Below, one piece after another: positions 13,264 to 22,325 of a stretch of DNA of 64,000 nucleotides. Numbering within the stretch: position 1 is the stretch's first letter; each line of letters opens with the position of its first letter. The translations under genes were made by a program, and so were the position numbers. Under the pieces are notes generated by a model, which worked only from the letters and a program-made list of their open reading frames with translations, made no database searches and was not told the origin of the DNA. The stretch lies in the NCBI RefSeq assembly GCF_053078305.1, contig NZ_CP166879.1, one strand, 5' to 3'.

Positions 13264-14256
13264 CTAATCGATGGACAGTTTATGGACACTTTCAGCCAGC
13301 GGATTAAAGCTGATTGCATCCTGTAAAAAGTCCGGCGAAAAATGCGCATACGTCATCGTTTGTTGAATCGTGGCATGGCCCAGGATTCGTTGTAGCGTAA
13401 CGATATTTCCGCCATTCATCATGAAATGTGTAGCGAATGTATGACGCATGACATGGGTGGCCTGCCCTTTCGGTAAGTCCGGCTTCACCTCCTGAAGGAT
13501 CTCCCGAAATCTGAGGTAATCAGCCTGGTACAACAATCCGGTTCTGCGGGTTTTAATTAACGCAAGTACCGCATCAGAAACGGGAACGGCGCGAGATTTT
13601 CCGTTCTTGGTGTTAAAGAACATCACGCGGTTACCTACAATATGTTCCCCACGTAAACCAGCTGCTTCACCCCACCTTGCCCCCGTGGAAAGACACAGAA
13701 TGGCAACACGCCGCGCATCTCCATCGAGTCGTTCAAGCAGTCGTTCAATCTCCTCATCTGAAAGAAAGGCCATCTCTGTGTTCCTGACTTTCAGCTTACG
13801 TATTCCCCGAACCGGGTTTTCGTTATGGAACACCTCACCCTCAATCAGCGAGCTGAACATTGCAGACAAGGCACACAAATCGCGGTTAATGCTGGAAGGC
13901 ATTAACCCGGCCTGTAATTTGTCGGACCGGTACCCGAGCATAAATTTTCGCGTCATCTGACTGGCACGAGGATCACCCATCTCACGGTTTATCTTTTCCA
14001 GTCTGACCCTGTAGGTATCCCCGTAATCCTGGTTACGACCATCAAGCAACCACCAGGCCTCTATCAGTTCGGATAACCGACGCTGATCTGCTGGCTTAGC
14101 CTGCCATGGCTTATCATGAAAATTCTGCAAAACATACCTTTCAAACTCCTGCGCCTTTGACTTCAGGGTAAAAATCTTACGAATCCGCTTTCCTTCCGTC
14201 CCTTGTGGCCTTACATCAACCTTATAACGTCCGTCTTTGAGTTGCTTAATCGACAT
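13264..14256 (-). CDS. int: Phage integrase, tyrosine recombinase (P2 Int-like)
   Basis: N-terminus MSIKQLKDGRYKVDVRPQGTEGKRIRK closely resembles P2 Int; C-terminal catalytic region HVMRHTFATHFMMNGGNIVTLQRILGH...TMTYAH; track ORF begins at an upstream TTG. Confidence 0.9.
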   Translation of the reverse strand: MSIKQLKDGRYKVDVRPQGTEGKRIRKIFTLKSKAQEFERYVLQNFHDKPWQAKPADQRRLSELIEAWWLLDGRNQDYGDTYRVRLEKINREMGDPRASQMTRKFMLGYRSDKLQAGLMPSSINRDLCALSAMFSSLIEGEVFHNENPVRGIRKLKVRNTEMAFLSDEEIERLLERLDGDARRVAILCLSTGARWGEAAGLRGEHIVGNRVMFFNTKNGKSRAVPVSDAVLALIKTRRTGLLYQADYLRFREILQEVKPDLPKGQATHVMRHTFATHFMMNGGNIVTLQRILGHATIQQTMTYAHFSPDFLQDAISFNPLAESVHKLSID

Positions 14257-14325
14257 GATTAGCCCCTCCAACGGATAAATTAACCAAACACTCCCTGCGG
14301 GATGAAACCCGCTCGATGTGTAACG

Positions 14326-14673
14326 TCAGCCAGCATTGCGGCCTGATCGGGATGATTTTTGGGTAACGTCGATTGAAGCCAGATCGCCCTCCGACTGAGA
14401 AGATCCATCAAGAGAGAGAGCCGGGGCAATTTGACCCCCAGCTTCAAACGTTTCATCAGTTGTTAACCAAAGTGCATATTTTTTAAAACGTAAATTTTTT
14501 GTGATCTTTAATAAGATCTCACTTCCGATTCCATCTTGCCTTCCCGTTTCGTAATACCTCTGCGTATTAACAGGAATCCCTGTAAGCTCAAAGAATTGCT
14601 TCCTTGTAAGCCTCTCACTTTTCCGGATCATCAAGATTTTTTCACCGATACTTATTGACAGTGTCGAATTCAT
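14326..14673 (-). CDS. Immunity repressor (P2 C-like)
   Basis: From MNSTLSISIGEKILMIRKSERLTRKQFFELTGIPVNTQRYYETGRQ...GQIAPAL; matches P2 C repressor pattern (EKIVLMRKSE...YYESGR...SGQIAPAL) by recall; adjacent to int. Confidence 0.75.
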   Translation of the reverse strand: MNSTLSISIGEKILMIRKSERLTRKQFFELTGIPVNTQRYYETGRQDGIGSEILLKITKNLRFKKYALWLTTDETFEAGGQIAPALSLDGSSQSEGDLASIDVTQKSSRSGRNAG

Positions 14674-14774
14674 ACCACTAAAATCCTCGCAAAAGTGTCG
14701 TAATTTCGACATTAAACAAACCAAAACAAACCTTCATAAGGTGCAATAGGCGCACCTGTGCGAGAGGATAACAA
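14674..14774. promoter_or_regulatory. Divergent lysis/lysogeny switch region between C-like repressor and Cox-like gene
   Basis: Tandem 10-bp direct repeat (t/a)aaacaaacc x2 at 14713-14732 plus palindrome ggtgcaataggcgcacc at 14740-14756; P2-type repressors bind direct repeats. Confidence 0.5.
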
Positions 14775-15299
14775 ATGCGGGACTTCATTGCCGATAAAGA
14801 GTTATCTGACACCGATCACACAACTGGAGCGGCGTACATCAACGCCGATACCAGTCAACAAGAAGCAACAGATAACAACGACGAACAAAAGCCACAGCGC
14901 ACATATAAAAAAGGGGCAACCCTGCGGCTGGATGGCCCAATAGCCGGGCTTTGCTCACTTGAAAAAGGGGCCGCCTACATCGGATTAACAAAAACAGCAT
15001 TACGCGCAGCTCTCCAGCGTAACCAGATGCCAGGGCATAAAACCCGCTCAAACCCTGAAGATGAGAATTCGGATGGTGTTTGGTGGTTTAACGTCAGAGA
15101 GTGGGACAAGCTGGCCGACGAACTCCCGGAATGTGAGCCACCAGAATGGCACAACTGGAAAAGCTACTGGACATACGACCGCCAGAAAAGAAAGTTTACC
15201 CCGGCTGATAAGGAAGATTGCCAGACCGTCAATGGAAAACGGGTTTACAAAGGCAGAAAGTCAAAGCTGGAACAGAGCCAGGATGTAAACGAACGGTGA
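14775..15299 (+). CDS. Cox-like excisionase/transcriptional regulator with long N-terminal extension (start uncertain)
   Basis: Segment GAAYIGLTKTALRAALQRNQMPG...GVWWFNVREW resembles P2 Cox HTH region by recall; divergent from repressor; 174-aa ORF is longer than P2 Cox (91 aa). Confidence 0.5.
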   Translation: MRDFIADKELSDTDHTTGAAYINADTSQQEATDNNDEQKPQRTYKKGATLRLDGPIAGLCSLEKGAAYIGLTKTALRAALQRNQMPGHKTRSNPEDENSDGVWWFNVREWDKLADELPECEPPEWHNWKSYWTYDRQKRKFTPADKEDCQTVNGKRVYKGRKSKLEQSQDVNER

Positions 15300-15305
15300 T
15301 GAACG

Positions 15306-15701
15306 ATGAGCGGCAAAAATAAGTCAGAAAAAAACACAACCGTCCTTAAGCAGTTAAGCCTCCTGAAAGAGGAACACAAGGACGCCACGATACTGATGCA
15401 TCTGGAAGGCTCACCGAAAATAACAATCACAACAACCTATAGCGAGTTACACAAAGAGCTTGAAGGATTAATTAACTTTTGTTCAAAGCTAAAAGCGAAT
15501 GAAAACATTGATGACCTGATACTTAAACCAGAAGCAGAGTTCGGGCACTTTTGCGAAAGTAGAGAAAATGGATGCATCGGAATAATGCTATACGCAACCC
15601 GCGGAATAATGATTAATCTGCCCGTTGAGCAGGCTGTGGATATATTCGGAGAAATGGCACTTAATAAAACCACTATTTACAAAAGAAAAATGCCGGAGTA
15701 A
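15306..15701 (+). CDS. Hypothetical protein in AT-rich moron (131 aa)
   Basis: ATG overlapping stop of upstream gene; local GC ~40% versus ~55% in flanking phage genes; no recognisable motif. Confidence 0.45.
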   Translation: MSGKNKSEKNTTVLKQLSLLKEEHKDATILMHLEGSPKITITTTYSELHKELEGLINFCSKLKANENIDDLILKPEAEFGHFCESRENGCIGIMLYATRGIMINLPVEQAVDIFGEMALNKTTIYKRKMPE

Positions 15702-15714
15702 CCCGGCATGGTTA

Positions 15715-15909
15715 TTAGTATGTTGGTCCCTTAGAAAAGTTCCAGGAACTCTTGCGAGGGTATTTATGAAGTACTTTTTCGCGGACATCGTTAGCCAGAT
15801 CTCTGATTTGATCGTGCTTATCATCAGAAGACGGAGGAACTTCGGGGATTTTATCCACGATTTCAATTACTGATTTAAGCATTTTTATTAATTCATCGTC
15901 GTAAGACAT
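15715..15909 (-). CDS. Hypothetical small acidic protein in AT-rich moron (about 64 aa; start uncertain)
   Basis: Convergent with 15306..15701; track ORF 15715..15942; likely start MSYDDELIKMLKSVIEIVDK. Confidence 0.35.
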   Translation of the reverse strand: MSYDDELIKMLKSVIEIVDKIPEVPPSSDDKHDQIRDLANDVREKVLHKYPRKSSWNFSKGPTY

Positions 15910-16016
15910 TGTTATCTCCTTTTTCTGGTTGTGTGGAAACACCAGAATACCACGCGCCGGGCGTGGTTAAACATCCCGGCACTGATTTTCATTTAACTTA
16001 AACGGGGTTTTCCGAT

Positions 16017-16355
16017 ATGACACAGCGACGCAGCTTCCGCACTGGCGCAGAACGCCACGCAGCCCGTTTCTCAACCAGCGCATCACGCAGCAACTCGCAC
16101 TACAGCCTGCAGGAAACGCACGCCACACCTGACGGGCATCCGGTTAAACAAACCGGTAAACACACCTGGCTGATTAATGATGCCGGAATTGTCATTCACC
16201 GGGGCGCACGCAACCCGATTACCGGAAATACCTGTTACTCCCTGACTCGCGGAGATGAGCAGTTCGGGCAGGATTTCACCCTGCACGAAGCATTAAGAAC
16301 GGCAGACCGGTTAATCAGCGGTCGCAGTTTTCAGCACCCGGAACATCGCCGCTGA
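16017..16355 (+). CDS. Hypothetical phage early protein
   Basis: 112-aa ORF in early operon; no recognisable motif. Confidence 0.4.
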   Translation: MTQRRSFRTGAERHAARFSTSASRSNSHYSLQETHATPDGHPVKQTGKHTWLINDAGIVIHRGARNPITGNTCYSLTRGDEQFGQDFTLHEALRTADRLISGRSFQHPEHRR

Positions 16356-16374
16356 TAAATAAAAGGATTCAGCC

Positions 16375-16617
16375 ATGATCGAAGCCTACAAAATACTTAT
16401 TAATAATGCGTTGCAGCGTTATCACTTCGAACTCGCAAACCGGGGGGTAACCCGGGACGAAGGACTTCGTAACTCACTGCGGGGCGCAATTATGGGACTG
16501 TATAACTGCGCACTGGGCAGCGATGACCGCGAAGCACTGGAAGAATTAAAAGTTATTGTGGCCGAACTGTTTGAAGGTGAAATCGTTGAGCCTTATTTCA
16601 CAGAGGTGGCAGCATGA
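16375..16617 (+). CDS. Hypothetical phage early protein
   Basis: 80-aa ORF with RBS-like aaggattcagcc upstream. Confidence 0.4.
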   Translation: MIEAYKILINNALQRYHFELANRGVTRDEGLRNSLRGAIMGLYNCALGSDDREALEELKVIVAELFEGEIVEPYFTEVAA

Positions 16618-16739
16618 GCGTATTTCTTTCATGGGTGATTCTGATTATTTCCGTGCTTATGGCGATTGGCATTATGCGAATTATCGAAGCGCTGAAAAAT
16701 ATCGAATCTTTATTTACTGGCGAAGAACGCCGTAAATAA
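16614..16739 (+). CDS. Small single-TM membrane peptide (41 aa), translationally coupled (ATGA overlap)
   Basis: Not in the ORF track (below length cutoff); MSVFLSWVILIISVLMAIGIMRIIEALKNIESLFTGEERRK read from sequence; start overlaps preceding stop. Confidence 0.35.
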   Translation: MSVFLSWVILIISVLMAIGIMRIIEALKNIESLFTGEERRK

Positions 16740-16818
16740 ATAACCAACCGGACAGAAAACATTAAAACCATCCGCATCTGCGGAGGGCTTCACTCAATCC
16801 AGAAACGGAGAAACAGCT

Positions 16819-17097
16819 ATGAGCACCAATACACCTACAGAAATAAACAAACTATTTACCGACCCGGCGCATATTGAATTGACGCAAAAAACGCTGACTG
16901 AAATAACCAATGTACTGGATGAAAGAATATCAGAAATAGATAAAGACAAGCATTTTGCTACTTACATGGCCCTGCAAATGCAAAGCATGGCAATGGTGAC
17001 AGCAAAACAGACCATCAGTGAACTCTATATGAAAAACCTGCGCCTTGAGCACGAACTGGCAGAACTCCGGGCACAGTCCGGCCAGTTTTCAGCGTGA
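16819..17097 (+). CDS. Hypothetical phage early protein (predicted coiled coil)
   Basis: 92-aa ORF with RBS aacggagaaacagct before ATG. Confidence 0.4.
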   Translation: MSTNTPTEINKLFTDPAHIELTQKTLTEITNVLDERISEIDKDKHFATYMALQMQSMAMVTAKQTISELYMKNLRLEHELAELRAQSGQFSA

Positions 17098-17360
17098 GGG
17101 GCAGGACGATGAACAGCATATTTACCGCCACAAGACGAACCCTGCTGACGCATTTCACCGATGCCGCGGGCCGCGAATTCATGGTGGAAAGTTATTTAAT
17201 CACAACGACCACGCCGTGCCCGTCAGACGCTGATTATCTCTACATCCATCTGGCTGACGGAACACAAATCACCGCGATTGCCAGTACCGTTCGCGAAGTA
17301 ATGACCATCAGAGGGGCATGGAAATCAGAAACACAAGCCCACGGAGAGCTGCGGCCATGA
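17094..17360 (+). CDS. Hypothetical phage early protein
   Basis: 88-aa ORF, start overlaps preceding stop. Confidence 0.4.
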   Translation: MRGRTMNSIFTATRRTLLTHFTDAAGREFMVESYLITTTTPCPSDADYLYIHLADGTQITAIASTVREVMTIRGAWKSETQAHGELRP

Positions 17361-17569
17361 TCAGCAAGTACACCACCAACGCACGTAAACCCGGTAAAGA
17401 CGCACGCCACCACATCGCCGTACTCCGCAATCTGTTACTGGAGGAAATCGACGACTTCACGGCGACGCTGAGCGGTCCGGGCGCACCAGTAACACCAGGT
17501 GAGATCCACCGGGACCTTAAACGCCGTATTGAAAACGCCATTGATTACACCCTGAACCCGACCGAATAA
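17357..17569 (+). CDS. Hypothetical phage early protein
   Basis: 70 aa from MISKYTTNARKPGK; ATGA overlap with preceding gene; track ORF 17318..17569 starts upstream. Confidence 0.4.
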   Translation: MISKYTTNARKPGKDARHHIAVLRNLLLEEIDDFTATLSGPGAPVTPGEIHRDLKRRIENAIDYTLNPTE

Positions 17570-17595
17570 CCGGAACAGTAACGGAGGTTATCGCG

Positions 17596-18150
17596 ATGAG
17601 ACTTACACCAATGGGAATACCGGGCAAAGCCCCGGCACATGTGAAGGCGTGGACACAGCAGGAAGATCGGTTACTCATCTCGCTTTATCAGGAACACAAC
17701 ACACATCAGATGGCTGAACGAATTCAGCGAACCCGTAAAGCAGTTATGCACCGGATTCGTTTTTTACGTAATCGTGGGCTGATTGGCCGCAAGAGAAAAG
17801 CACCACTGAGTACAGAAGCCATAGCCTTTCTTATTAAAAACCGTCATGTAAAAACCGCACAGGAAATGGCTCTGGAAGTGGGATGTAGTGAGTGCACAGT
17901 GAGGTACACACTGCGTAAACGGGGTTACAACCTGAAAAAATGCGGTGAGAACCACCATTGCGCCAGATACAGCGATCATCTGGTTGAGCTGGTCACGGAG
18001 CTACGCGACATACACAACATGACGTTCTGCATGATCGCTGAACACATCAACAGCACGATACAGATGCACATTAACGACGATGCGGCGTTTCATCTCTACC
18101 ACCGCCGCACAGCGGCTGACGCCGCGCTCTGTGAACTGTTACCGGGCTGA
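17596..18150 (+). CDS. Putative DNA-binding protein with two HTH-like segments (occupies P2 gpB position; function unknown)
   Basis: 184 aa; segments HQMAERIQRTRKAVMHRIRFLRNRG and TAQEMALEVGCSECTVRYTLRKRG look helix-turn-helix-like; RBS acggaggttatcgcg. Confidence 0.4.
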   Translation: MRLTPMGIPGKAPAHVKAWTQQEDRLLISLYQEHNTHQMAERIQRTRKAVMHRIRFLRNRGLIGRKRKAPLSTEAIAFLIKNRHVKTAQEMALEVGCSECTVRYTLRKRGYNLKKCGENHHCARYSDHLVELVTELRDIHNMTFCMIAEHINSTIQMHINDDAAFHLYHRRTAADAALCELLPG

Positions 18151-18266
18151 GTGATCATCATGCACACACAAAAAAACCGCTTGCCATGCCGCAATCAGTC
18201 AGGTTACATTCCCACTGCACCTCATAAAACGGGTGCCGGGATTACCACCCCGCCGACTACACAAGC

Positions 18267-18290
18267 GCACAACCGCGCCAGCGGTTTTTT
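18267..18290 (+). terminator. Rho-independent terminator inside early region
   Basis: Hairpin accgcgccagcggt followed by TTTTTTT. Confidence 0.55.
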
Positions 18291-18470
18291 TGTGCGTACT
18301 GTATCGCCACGTCTTTTTCGCGTCAGAATTATGGCGGGGCGTACGGGGCCGACTTCGGTCGGGCCGGGGTCTTGTGTAGCCGGTTGTGGTAACCCTGTAC
18401 GTCTCGCCACCCTGAGATTACCGCCTCGGGTTGGTGAGTTTTCACAACTTACTACACAAGGGGCCACACC

Positions 18471-18698
18471 ATGGCAAACCGCAAACAACAGCGCGTCCGC
18501 GCTGAGCGTCTTCACATCCGCACCGAAATCAACCGCAGACTCTGGCGCGCATCACGCGTCGCGCAAATCATGTACATCAACATGCTGCATGAACACGCAC
18601 ACGCGCTGTCAGACCGTTACTGTGCCGCCGTCTTCAGCTACCTGGCGGATGACCTGGCAGAGCTGCAGGACCTTATCAACCAGCAACACCACCACTAA
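18471..18698 (+). CDS. Hypothetical small protein
   Basis: 75 aa; ATG with aagggg RBS; preferred over overlapping low-complexity ORF 18151..18780. Confidence 0.4.
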   Translation: MANRKQQRVRAERLHIRTEINRRLWRASRVAQIMYINMLHEHAHALSDRYCAAVFSYLADDLAELQDLINQQHHH

Positions 18699-18766
18699 AC
18701 AACATCCTGAAGCCATCCCGCACCCGTGCGCGGGAGGCTTCCGCACGTCTGTTACCGGAGGTTCTC

Positions 18767-19189
18767 ATGAAGAACGTTAAGGGACTTTCAGATATTCAGG
18801 ATTTTTTTAACTGGATGTGGGCAGTGGATCCCCGGCTGGCTTCCCGCCTGAACGACTGGCACGACTATTACCGCCGCGCCTGTAAACAGGCCGCCAGACG
18901 CGTCACCACATACGGGGATTTCTCCTTCACCGTTGACGGCAGTTACCGCGTGGACGTGAAAGGCGATGGTGATGGTTTTGGTTTTGGTTTATTTCACATC
19001 AACGGAACCGACAGCACCGCCATCAGCTGGTCGTCGTCAGAGATGACGCTTGTTCTGGAAATGACAAACCACAGCGTGGCCGTGAAAGGTATATACACCG
19101 CAGAAGACTTTATCGGTGAATACCAGCGCCTTCTCGTGCTGTACCGGGCAGCGTTTCAGGCGGCAACTGCCGGGGAGTGCGACGCATGA
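18767..19189 (+). CDS. Hypothetical protein preceding replication gene
   Basis: 140-aa ORF; stop overlaps start of the replication gene. Confidence 0.4.
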   Translation: MKNVKGLSDIQDFFNWMWAVDPRLASRLNDWHDYYRRACKQAARRVTTYGDFSFTVDGSYRVDVKGDGDGFGFGLFHINGTDSTAISWSSSEMTLVLEMTNHSVAVKGIYTAEDFIGEYQRLLVLYRAAFQAATAGECDA

Positions 19190-21705
19190 GCGACCATAAC
19201 GCACAACTGGCGTACCCGTGGAACGCCCCGCTGCCGGTTATCGATCCTGAAACGTTCGGCAGAGCGCAACCAACCGCATTACGCCAGGCCATTCAGAGCT
19301 ACATCAACGAAGACATTCGCACTGACGCCAGACTGGATGAAGAAACCGTCGCCTTCCTGACAACCACAGACGAAGGGAAGCGAATTAATTCGCATCTTCA
19401 CCACGACGAAGAGCGTCGGATCAGACTGGAAAAACTGACGCGACACAAACGCGAAAATCCACCCACGCTGGTATCTGAAGCCATGGCAGAGCTGCGCGCC
19501 CTGCCGCCGTTTCTTGCCGGTCCGCTCATCCGTGACCTGGCCCGCCTGAGCCGCAAACAGGAGAGCGCACGCCGGGAAGGGCTTAAGAATAACAGCGCAT
19601 ATGCGGCGGATAACTTCGTTCGTCACGGCCTGCGTGCCCGCCTGAAACGTATCGCCCGTGTGAATGAACGCTTTGCCACCCCGGCCTTTAAGGCCACCGC
19701 CGCCCGCGAACGGCTGGATGAACTGCTTATGCTGCCGCAGCTGAGCCGTGACGAAATCCAGCGCCTTGCCACCCTGACCGCCACCGCGTTTTCCGCCGCA
19801 CTGGAGCGCGCATGTGATGAGGTCATCGAAAAGACCGGCAGGGGTGACGATGACCTGTTCACCTGGTTACTGACCTACCAGCCACTGGCACGCATGGCGT
19901 TAAAACTGGGTATCACACCACCCTGCTGGCCGTCGCTGGAAATCAGACCCGACCGCCGCACCGCCCCCGACCCGGAACAGGTGCCGGGTGCGGTCATGCG
20001 CCTTTCCTGTGCGACATGGTGGAACAGTCAGTTAAGACACCTCCGGGACATCTGGCGTGAAGAGCTGTTACGCGCCGCAGGTCTGGTGTCACGTAAGACA
20101 TCGGTATATATCAGCCATGAAGCGTTACTGGACTGGCGCGAAAAACGCCAGCGCACCCGCGATTTTCTGAAGGCCTGGGACATCGAGAACGAAGAGGGAG
20201 AACGGTTCAGCCTTGAGGATATCTACTGGGCAGGTCTCTCTAATCCGCGTAACCGCCGTAACGAGATGATGGCCTGCGTCCGGGGAATGGAGCAGGTCGC
20301 CGAAGCACGCGGCGACCTGGCGTTTTTCGTCACCGTCACAGCCCCTTCCCGTTTTCACAGCGTGAACGATGACGGCAGCCTGAACCCGAAATACTGCGGA
20401 GCAACGGTACGTGATGCCAGTGATTATCTGGTTTACCGCTTTTTCGCCGCCGTCCGCAGGGCCATCAACAAGGCCGGGCTGGGCTGGTACGGCGTGCGCA
20501 CAGTGGAGCCCCACCACGACGGTACACCGCACTGGCACATGCTGGTATTCACCAGCCCGGAAAACGAAGCCCGTATCACTGAAATCATGCGCAACGCCGC
20601 CATCAGGGAGGACCGCGCAGAGCTGGGTGATGATATCTCCCCGCGTTTTAAATGCGAAAAAATCGACCCGGCAAAAGGCACACCGGCGAGCTATATCGCG
20701 ACCTATATCGGTAAGAACCTGGACGCCAGCGCCTTCATGGGGAATGACCCGAAAACCGGCAAACCTTACGTCGATAAGGAATCAGGCAAAACCATGGCCG
20801 AAACCGTGGAGAACGCCATCGGCTGGGCGGCCCTTCACCGCATCCGCCAGTTCCAGTTCTTCGGTATCCCTCCCCGCCAGGTATGGCGCGAACTCCGCCG
20901 CCTTGCCGGGCAGATGGCCCGTAACCCGGCTGCCCCGCAGCGTCTGGACCATGACGACATTGACGCCATACTGGCCGCCGCCGACGTGGGATGTTTTGCC
21001 ACCTATATCACCCGCCAGGGTGGTGTGCTCATTCCCCGCAACACGTACCTGGTCCGCACCGCATACGAAACTGCCGAAGAGGCCAACGACTACGGCGAAT
21101 TCCCGCAACGCATTTACGGCGTCCGCGCCCCGTCACTCGGGGAGCGCTACACCATATGCACCCACCCGGACACCTGGAAACTGGTCAGACGTAAGCCGGA
21201 AAACGAAGACCGCACGGACGAGGGTTTTGACGTTGAGTGCGGCTTTGCCGCACCTTGGACTCGTGGCAATAACTGTCCCCCTGACCAGAATCTGACCATA
21301 AACGACCCGCCAGAAAGGCAGCCGGACGGACGCAGGGAGCAGCGACTTACCCTGCCGGAAGGTGATTTGGGTGAATGGTTAAGGTCACTGACCCCCACAG
21401 AGCGAAAACAACTCACCAGGCAGCTGAAAAACCCGCCACCTGACACGGAAACCGTGAAAAACGGCGGCATCAGTGCGCCCGCTGGCGGCGTTCGCGTGAG
21501 TGTCGCACTGACCGCTGAGCCACACATCACCGCACAAATCACCCGTGAGCTTGATGCGCTGGGCGTGCAGCTGCATGAAAGCGCCGTCGTTTCCGTCCGG
21601 CACGGTGCCCGCGTGCGCCTGGCTGACGGGCGCACCGCGTACTGGAATGACAGCACCCGCCGCATTGATATCACCCCCGCACCGAATACGGAGGCGCCAC
21701 AATGA
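19177..21705 (+). CDS. Replication initiation endonuclease (P2 gpA-like, HUH rolling-circle Rep)
   Basis: 842 aa; HUH-type motif EPHHDGTPHWHMLVF; located where P2 A lies relative to int-C-cox. Confidence 0.8.
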   Translation: MRRMSDHNAQLAYPWNAPLPVIDPETFGRAQPTALRQAIQSYINEDIRTDARLDEETVAFLTTTDEGKRINSHLHHDEERRIRLEKLTRHKRENPPTLVSEAMAELRALPPFLAGPLIRDLARLSRKQESARREGLKNNSAYAADNFVRHGLRARLKRIARVNERFATPAFKATAARERLDELLMLPQLSRDEIQRLATLTATAFSAALERACDEVIEKTGRGDDDLFTWLLTYQPLARMALKLGITPPCWPSLEIRPDRRTAPDPEQVPGAVMRLSCATWWNSQLRHLRDIWREELLRAAGLVSRKTSVYISHEALLDWREKRQRTRDFLKAWDIENEEGERFSLEDIYWAGLSNPRNRRNEMMACVRGMEQVAEARGDLAFFVTVTAPSRFHSVNDDGSLNPKYCGATVRDASDYLVYRFFAAVRRAINKAGLGWYGVRTVEPHHDGTPHWHMLVFTSPENEARITEIMRNAAIREDRAELGDDISPRFKCEKIDPAKGTPASYIATYIGKNLDASAFMGNDPKTGKPYVDKESGKTMAETVENAIGWAALHRIRQFQFFGIPPRQVWRELRRLAGQMARNPAAPQRLDHDDIDAILAAADVGCFATYITRQGGVLIPRNTYLVRTAYETAEEANDYGEFPQRIYGVRAPSLGERYTICTHPDTWKLVRRKPENEDRTDEGFDVECGFAAPWTRGNNCPPDQNLTINDPPERQPDGRREQRLTLPEGDLGEWLRSLTPTERKQLTRQLKNPPPDTETVKNGGISAPAGGVRVSVALTAEPHITAQITRELDALGVQLHESAVVSVRHGARVRLADGRTAYWNDSTRRIDITPAPNTEAPQ

Positions 21706-22106
21706 CCCGCTTTTATTGCGCCATGCAGCGCCAGCGTTTTGACGAAATGATGCGCCAGCGCACGCCCTTACTGACCCTGAACAACATTGCCACGGGGCCA
21801 CAACCGGGCGATGAGCTGGAAATCACGGTCGTCAGTCCCGATCGCACCACCACGGCCATCATCACCGACATACTCAACGGACGACCGGACAGCACCAACC
21901 GCAGCTGGCTTGTCGCCGTTCGTCCGCGCCGTCCGCCCGGAGAGCCGGAGCCGCTCACGCCTGCCGGAAAAATCATGCGGCAGTACCACGAAGAGCAGGA
22001 ACACAAACACAACGCAGAACTGACCAGAACACTGGCATCGATTAACCGCAAAGCGGCAATTGCCCGCTATGTGCATTCAGCCGCAGGCAGACAATCACGC
22101 AGGTAA
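21702..22106 (+). CDS. Hypothetical protein, translationally coupled to replication gene
   Basis: 134 aa; ATGA overlap with gpA-like stop. Confidence 0.4.
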   Translation: MTRFYCAMQRQRFDEMMRQRTPLLTLNNIATGPQPGDELEITVVSPDRTTTAIITDILNGRPDSTNRSWLVAVRPRRPPGEPEPLTPAGKIMRQYHEEQEHKHNAELTRTLASINRKAAIARYVHSAAGRQSRR

Positions 22107-22115
22107 ACAAAGACC

Positions 22116-22325
22116 ATGAACATAACCAGAAACAGCCAACTAAAGGAGCGCACCATGAACAGCACCAGGAGGATCAGCGACAGAGAGCTTACGAAAATGA
22201 TTGAGTCGGCACAGCAGCTGCTTTCACGACAAAACCCGGTCGTGGAAGAAACATGGTGGGAGAATTTACTGGCAGCACTGACCGAACTCCGGGAACGCCG
22301 GAACAACGAAGGAGCCGCCAAATGA
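22116..22325 (+). CDS. Hypothetical small protein
   Basis: 69-aa ORF; start may be internal (MNSTRRISDREL). Confidence 0.3.
   Translation: MNITRNSQLKERTMNSTRRISDRELTKMIESAQQLLSRQNPVVEETWWENLLAALTELRERRNNEGAAK

Noticed and set aside
18151-18780. 209-aa ORF across the early-region non-coding gap
   Set aside because: Pro/Thr/Ser/Arg-rich low-complexity translation of GC-rich DNA; overlaps a terminator and the better-supported 18471..18698 ORF.
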